DNA of 32,000 nucleotides from an uncultured Kistimonas sp. (GTDB lineage Bacteria; Pseudomonadota; Gammaproteobacteria; Pseudomonadales; Endozoicomonadaceae): NCBI GenBank assembly GCA_964291505.2, contig OZ220216.1, positions 2,208,420 to 2,240,419 of the forward strand, read 5' to 3'. Shown piece by piece: positions 26,954 to 32,000 of this stretch (position 1 is its first letter; each line of letters starts with the position of its first letter). The notes under the pieces were generated by a model. It saw only the letters and a program-made list of their open reading frames with translations, ran no database searches and was not told where the DNA came from. The position numbers and the translations under genes were made by a program.

Positions 26954-27292
26954 TTAGAGCTGCTGCATAACAAAATAAAATCCGACATAAACACTCGCCC
27001 CCCATATCAACCCGCCAAGATGAAGCAGCCCCTTACCCCAGATATGCTGATAAAACCAATGTCCCAGCAACATACTGCAAAGAGAGACCATCAAGACCCC
27101 CACCATTAAACCCTGCTGGAAAAAAGGTAGATCACTGCCGTAATCTCTCAGCATCTGCAAAGGTGCCATAACGGCCAATGGAAGATTGAACAGCAACACC
27201 TTAAAATCTCTGTCGCCGGTAAGGGTTGCAAAGAAACTGATAACCAAGACACCTGACACAATCAGCAAAAGCGATAGAATCAGCCTTTTCAT
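26954..27292 (-). CDS. Small integral membrane protein, unknown function
   Basis: 112 aa with about four hydrophobic segments and an ATG start. It lies directly downstream of the split membrane-protein gene on the same strand. Confidence 0.5.
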   Translation of the reverse strand: MKRLILSLLLIVSGVLVISFFATLTGDRDFKVLLFNLPLAVMAPLQMLRDYGSDLPFFQQGLMVGVLMVSLCSMLLGHWFYQHIWGKGLLHLGGLIWGASVYVGFYFVMQQL

Positions 27293-27354
27293 AAGTCCTT
27301 TTTACCTTATCAAAACTGACTGCTTTCCCAATAGAGAATTGGAATCCTTCCAAT

Positions 27355-27699
27355 TTACGTAGTTAACTTTGACTCTAGCAGTTCTTTTAATGATTTGGGC
27401 AATTTTGCCCTGAGCGCCACACTGGCAACCTGCTCGTATTTTTGCCAGAGGATGCCGAGACAAACAACCAGCAACCCCATCACTGTCAGTGCAACAGGGA
27501 AAAGCCAGCTGCCTTTGAATACTGAAAAGGCCAGATGCCCCAGGTACAGGCTTACCCCCAGAGCACCAAATACGACAAAGACCCGCCGCATCAGTGTCAC
27601 CCCAATCACCATTAATATCAGGTTGACACCACAGTACAGTAATTTACTGAACTCACTATTCGAATCCTGCAGGGTCATCCCCGCCCAGAATGTCGTCAC
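27355..27699 (-). CDS. Membrane protein fragment (C-terminal part of the 27715-28395 gene, or an independent GTG-started ORF)
   Basis: 114 aa, three TM segments, GTG start. It is in the same frame as the upstream ORF and separated from it only by TAG plus 5 codons. Confidence 0.45.
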   Translation of the reverse strand: MTTFWAGMTLQDSNSEFSKLLYCGVNLILMVIGVTLMRRVFVVFGALGVSLYLGHLAFSVFKGSWLFPVALTVMGLLVVCLGILWQKYEQVASVALRAKLPKSLKELLESKLTT

Positions 27700-27714
27700 A
27701 CCAATAATGTACAG

Positions 27715-28395
27715 CTAGAAGGCATAGTCGAAAGACTGCCGGGTGCGCATATCAATCCACAGCGCCATCAGCACCATGGCAAGCCCTCCCCACATAGACA
27801 CCTGCGAACTCAAGGCACTGTCAAACCGATCGCCGGTCAACATAGCCATACTATCCATAATCAGTAGCCAGAGCGTTATTGCCAGGGGCATGACCAGAAA
27901 GGGGTAACGGTAGCGCCATAGCATCACCAGACCCGCAACCAGTGCACCCAACTCCAAAGACAACCAGTGCCAATGCGCACCGCCACGATATTGGAGGTAG
28001 ACTTCCCCCTCAGGCCAAACCCCCAGCGCCAGTTGCAAACCGTAAATTAATAGCGGCACAAGAACCACAACAAAAACCGCACAGATACCCGCTGGAATGC
28101 CATACCCTTTTCGCTGAAACACAGTCATCAGCATAAATCCTGCCAGCATATAGGCGAATGAAATCCCGACAATTCCCCAGCCGCCAAAAGCCTCCCAGCC
28201 CAGATTCATGAACAGCGACATAGCGCCAATGGCAATCATCCCGCCCAGATAGTAAAGCAAGTGAGTGAAATCAAAGACCGGCCCTGTAACAGGCTGTTGC
28301 TTCAAGAAATCAACCAGTGCTTCTGCCTGTTGTTGACTGAGAATCTGCTTTGATACAGCCTGTTCGAGTTGCCGTTGGGTTATTTTCATAGTCAT
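27715..28395 (-). CDS. Multi-pass membrane protein with a soluble N-terminal helix (possibly DUF2157-like); ends at an in-frame TAG
   Basis: 226 aa. MTMKITQRQLEQAVSKQILSQQQAEALVDFLKQQ is followed by about six TM helices. Confidence 0.6.
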   Translation of the reverse strand: MTMKITQRQLEQAVSKQILSQQQAEALVDFLKQQPVTGPVFDFTHLLYYLGGMIAIGAMSLFMNLGWEAFGGWGIVGISFAYMLAGFMLMTVFQRKGYGIPAGICAVFVVVLVPLLIYGLQLALGVWPEGEVYLQYRGGAHWHWLSLELGALVAGLVMLWRYRYPFLVMPLAITLWLLIMDSMAMLTGDRFDSALSSQVSMWGGLAMVLMALWIDMRTRQSFDYAF

Positions 28396-28586
28396 TACAG
28401 ATCAGGGGTCTATTTCTGAACATTTCTATTCCCTTAGCGTCAAAAGAGCAAGTTCAGATAAATAGCCTTACGAGACAGAAACAAGAAAATGTAGGCTCCA
28501 AACGAACACTCTTCATAACCACCTTACCTACATCAGTGCATCTGAATATCCAGCAAACATCAGTTATTCAAAAACGGTTGCCTGAT

Positions 28587-29456
28587 TCACTCTCCAGCAC
28601 ACGCCTCCCAGGCCTGTATTGCCTGCTTGCGAGCAACACCCCAACGAAAATTACCCAACTCACCATCACTCCTGATAACACGGTGACAGGGGATCAAATA
28701 ACCCACCGTATTCGCTGCCAACGCACTTCCGACTGCCCGCTGAGCACTGGGCACACCGGCTAATTCCGCCAGTTGCCGGTAAGAAATGACCCGGGATGAC
28801 GGCAGCGTCAACAATGCCTCCCAGACCTTCATCTGAAAATTAGTGCCGCGGATAACCAGATGCAATTTGCCACGCTCAAGCTCTTTGGCAAAGATTCTGT
28901 CAGCTAACAATAATGCGGCCTTATCATCCTGCCGCAATGTGGATTCCGGCCAGCGGGACTTCAATAATTCAATCTGCTCGGATTTATCACTGTCACAGAA
29001 GACCAGATGACAAATCCCTCGCGACGTCCATCCCAAAAGTGCCTGCCCAAACGGGGTATGTGCCAGCCCAAAACCAATCACCAAGCCCTTGCCCAACGCT
29101 TTAATTTCTCCGGGCGACATAGCCTCACAACTGACCATCAGGTCATGGAGCCTTCCGGGACCTGACAATCCGGCGTCCAAGGATACCCCTAAAATATCCT
29201 GCGATTTCCTGAGCGCTTCAAGCGCACGCTCCTTGGTGACATGCTGCAAAAAGCGCTTGGGCGAAACCCCGGCCCAGGCAGCAAACACCCGTTGCAGATG
29301 ATATTCACTGAATCCCATCGCATCGGCGATATCTTTCAGGCTTGGCTGATGCTTTGCATTAGCACGGATATAGTGAATAGCATGCGCAACAGCCTCATAA
29401 TGCTCTGCCGAATTCAACGCACTGTCATTCATGTTTAATCGCCTTAGAAAATCCAA
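28587..29456 (-). CDS. AraC-type HTH fused to methylated-DNA--protein-cysteine S-methyltransferase (Ada/Ogt-like)
   Basis: 289 aa. AraC HTH (LKDIADAMGFSEYHLQRVFAAWAGVSPKRFLQHVTKERAL) plus an MGMT domain with active site IPCHRVI. An alternative ATG at 29432 (MNDSAL) is equally plausible. Confidence 0.85.
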   Translation of the reverse strand: MDFLRRLNMNDSALNSAEHYEAVAHAIHYIRANAKHQPSLKDIADAMGFSEYHLQRVFAAWAGVSPKRFLQHVTKERALEALRKSQDILGVSLDAGLSGPGRLHDLMVSCEAMSPGEIKALGKGLVIGFGLAHTPFGQALLGWTSRGICHLVFCDSDKSEQIELLKSRWPESTLRQDDKAALLLADRIFAKELERGKLHLVIRGTNFQMKVWEALLTLPSSRVISYRQLAELAGVPSAQRAVGSALAANTVGYLIPCHRVIRSDGELGNFRWGVARKQAIQAWEACAGE

Positions 29457-30324
29457 TCTGCCTGAACCGTGGCAGAAACCCTGTCACCAAAGCAGTGCCA
29501 AGAAGAACCAGTAGTGTACCCAATACGGTATGCCAGCCCACGGGCTCATCCAGGAAGAGGTAACCCCAGAATATACCAAACACCGGAATCAGAAACGTCA
29601 CCGATAATGCCGCGGAAGCCCCCACATCGGCAACAAGACAAAAATACAACAGATAAGCAAAGCCGGTACAAAGCACCCCCAGCATCAGCACCGCCAGAAG
29701 AATCGGGACATCCGGCACCGTATGGACGGGTGAGAATGGCACCAATGGCAACAACAGCAATGTGGCAGCCCACATACTCCCATGGGCGTTATCAAACGGT
29801 GCGACATGAGCCGCCGATTGCGTATAAACACTGGCCACACCATAAAGACAGGCAGCCCCAAACCCTGCCAGCAAAGCCAGTGAAGCCCCTTCTAACTGAG
29901 CAGCGCTATCAAACCCGACAAGGACACTGACACCGGCAATCCCCAAAAGCAGTCCCGCCATTTGCTGCCGCTTCAAAGGTTGCCTGTACCATAATGCCCC
30001 CACCAACGCGCCCCAGAGTGGAGCCGTGGCGTTAATGATGGACAGTAACGATGCTGTCAACGTCTGCACCGCATAAGCAAACAGAAGAAAAGGTAACGCT
30101 GAATTCACAAAGCCAATGATCAGAAAATGACGCCAATGCAGGATGGGAGGCAAGGACTTTTTCAGAAAACCGGCCACCAGAAGCAGGAACACTGCCGCCA
30201 GGGCAACCCGAATCTCCATCAATAAAGCGGGCCCCAGCACCGGTACACCTATGCGAATAAAGAGAAAGGAACTGCCCCAGATTGCAGCCAAAGACACCAG
30301 ACATAACGCACTTGCCCAACGCAT
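29425..30324 (-). CDS. EamA/DMT-family transporter
   Basis: About 300 aa, ten hydrophobic segments, WGSSFLFIRIG-type EamA repeat. I use the ATG at 30324 (MRWASALCLV) rather than the ORF-track 30387. Confidence 0.85.
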   Translation of the reverse strand: MRWASALCLVSLAAIWGSSFLFIRIGVPVLGPALLMEIRVALAAVFLLLVAGFLKKSLPPILHWRHFLIIGFVNSALPFLLFAYAVQTLTASLLSIINATAPLWGALVGALWYRQPLKRQQMAGLLLGIAGVSVLVGFDSAAQLEGASLALLAGFGAACLYGVASVYTQSAAHVAPFDNAHGSMWAATLLLLPLVPFSPVHTVPDVPILLAVLMLGVLCTGFAYLLYFCLVADVGASAALSVTFLIPVFGIFWGYLFLDEPVGWHTVLGTLLVLLGTALVTGFLPRFRQIGFSKAIKHE

Positions 30325-30542
30325 AATCCGCTTCCCTGTGATAACGGGTATGGCTTGACAATAAACACCCAAGCTTTCATCAACCACCCGTTTCTTGCGC
30401 TCTTCTCACTGTCTCACGTCAGTTTCCAAAATGAAATCCTGAATGAAGAGAATGGGAACGCAAAAGGGTTACCTGCTGAAATGGATAAAACCACTGAAGA
30501 CTTAGGAGTTAAACGCAGTCAGGCCCTCTACAATCCCTCCCC

Positions 30543-31211
30543 TCACACAGTACCCGAGAACAACGCAACACACCCCTGAGTGTCAATGACGACATCCTTA
30601 AAACGCTTTTCCAGCACCCGCTGCAATTCCTCAAGCGTGTCGGTCAAATTCGAAAAAATGCCATGGCGGTTGTAATGCCTCATCAGCTTGACCGCCGCCC
30701 AGTTAGGCACTCCTTTTTCATTGAGTATCGTTGAACCAAAGACCCTTGCTCCCGGTTTCATGAGAGCCTGAAGGTAATCAAATACGACACCTTTCTCAGT
30801 GATACTGCCGGGTAAGCAATGCAACAGGTAATTGAGCGCAACAGAATCAAACGGTGCTATCTCACCCTCACCGGACATGGGTTCAAGGATGTTTCGCTGG
30901 TAAACTTCAGGCGAATAGCGCGCCACACGTTTAGCCGTAAAGGTTAAAGAATTGGGATTCATATCCATCAAGGCAAGCCGGGGCGAAGAAACAGGAAACC
31001 GGCAACGATCCAGAAAGTAACCAGAGCCTACCCCCACATCAAGATGATTTGCGGATATATGCTGGTTGTAATGAGCCACCAGACTGGGAGACGGGCACTT
31101 CCAGACAAACCGGTTTGACAATATCAACACCCGAACATCATAAATCAGCAGCATTCTACGGGTATAAACAGCTTGACCAGCTATCATTTCCTCTTCGCTT
31201 GCATTCATCAT
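30543..31211 (-). CDS. Class I SAM-dependent methyltransferase
   Basis: 222 aa. Motif I LDVGVGSGYFLD and a post-I acidic residue (LALMDMN). Confidence 0.8.
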   Translation of the reverse strand: MMNASEEEMIAGQAVYTRRMLLIYDVRVLILSNRFVWKCPSPSLVAHYNQHISANHLDVGVGSGYFLDRCRFPVSSPRLALMDMNPNSLTFTAKRVARYSPEVYQRNILEPMSGEGEIAPFDSVALNYLLHCLPGSITEKGVVFDYLQALMKPGARVFGSTILNEKGVPNWAAVKLMRHYNRHGIFSNLTDTLEELQRVLEKRFKDVVIDTQGCVALFSGTV

Positions 31212-31712
31212 TCACCCTTGTATCAAATATGTTGTGAATAGCAGATTAAATACGGAGATATAGCCGACAACAAAATAAAAGCTTATCAAAAAATACTTAC
31301 TTAATTATTCAATAGAGAGCATTATCGAAAAAAAAGATAGCACTACCAGGACACATTTACACTTCAATCAAAACAATAAGGTAACCAGCCTTACTTAACC
31401 TCACGTAGCAGACTTAAAAAGACAATATTGCTGACTAAAAATCCAGCAAATATAACTATGACTTTCCAGCCCACCGACTTCGCTGAGAAACATTAACTTT
31501 TATCAAAAAATGCCATATTCATTATCCTCACCTACATTAGCACAACACTAAAAATGAATCAGTGAAAGTTCACTCATACAGATTACCAACCTTGCTAAAA
31601 AACAATCACAACAGCAAAAGCATTTATCGAACCAACTGACTTAAATGTTATTGCTGTTATTTATTAAACTGACAAAAATTACCATCCAACTTTATCTACT
31701 GAGAGTATTATT

Positions 31713-32000
31713 ATGAAATGTATATCTTCACCCTGCTGTGTATCTTCTGGCAATGTAAACATTCATGAAAGATCAGATAATGAAGAAAGTAGTGTGTCTA
31801 AAGCAGATTCTGTAAGACCAATATTGGGCAGCACAAGATTATCACCAGCACCGACCCATGAAGATGGAATTTCTGCGCCGGAGGCAAGGAGCAGTTTACG
31901 CCAGAGAATTTCACACTGTATAGACAGAACAATAAGTCGACTATCATGCGTAACTGGAGATAACAATAACGCAGAAATCGAAGAGCTCGTAGAACTAACA
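31713..32000 (+). CDS. Hypothetical effector-like protein, N-terminal part; the frame is open to the right edge
   Basis: ATG at 31713 is preceded by GAGAG. My translation reads MKCISSPCCVSSGNVNIHERSDNEESSVSKADSVRPILGSTRLSPAPTHEDGISAPEARSSLRQRISHCIDRTISRLSCVTGDNNNAEIEELVELT with no stop for 96 codons. It follows about 500 nt of AT-rich leader. It is absent from the ORF track, presumably because it is open-ended. Confidence 0.45.
   Translation, partial: MKCISSPCCVSSGNVNIHERSDNEESSVSKADSVRPILGSTRLSPAPTHEDGISAPEARSSLRQRISHCIDRTISRLSCVTGDNNNAEIEELVELT

Noticed and set aside
27715-27717. In-frame TAG as programmed recoding (pyrrolysine or read-through)
   Set aside because: Nothing in the window supports recoding machinery. 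A nonsense mutation or a sequencing error is the simpler explanation.
29469-29930. 153-aa plus-strand ORF
   Set aside because: It is antisense to the EamA transporter gene and gives a Pro/Arg/Gln-rich shadow translation.
31763-31966. 67-aa minus-strand ORF from the track
   Set aside because: It lies antisense to the longer open-ended plus-strand frame starting at 31713, which has a plausible RBS. Neither call is strongly supported, but the plus-strand frame is preferred.

Overview
Chromosomal window from a gammaproteobacterium. The pheS-pheT-ihfA-MerR synteny resembles Pseudomonas/Oceanospirillales-type genomes. G+C-rich core genes alternate with visibly AT-rich accessory segments. Core content: a partial MFS transporter, higBA, MerR regulator, ihfA, pheT, pheS, a Na/Pi cotransporter, seven tandem tRNA-Arg(ACG) genes, DUF3301-like, yeiP/efpL, yjaG-like, aidB, a lipoprotein, membrane proteins, an AraC-HTH/O6-alkylguanine methyltransferase fusion, an EamA transporter and a SAM methyltransferase. 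The strongest candidate system is a four-gene, translationally coupled operon at 12928-20513. Its first three products read as close relatives of housekeeping MukF, MukE and full-length MukB (1481 aa). The fourth is a JetD/MksG-like Toprim protein, so this looks like a Muk-proper flavoured Wadjet/MksBEFG-like module, and it abuts the tRNA array. The second candidate is an AT-rich islet (about 5440-8830) inserted upstream of pheS. It holds two divergent effector-like genes. One carries ActA-like DFPPPPPPEL, PxxPxR and YDVP/YNVP host-motif mimics. The other shows a His-then-Cys arrangement suggesting a permuted papain-like hydrolase. Other observations are a frameshifted membrane-anchored flavoprotein monooxygenase, two diverged paralogues of an unknown family, a membrane protein gene split by one in-frame TAG, and another AT-rich effector-like gene starting at the right edge. 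I saw no integrase, transposase, CRISPR array or rRNA. All homology statements rest on reading the translations and on remembered family motifs, not on searches.
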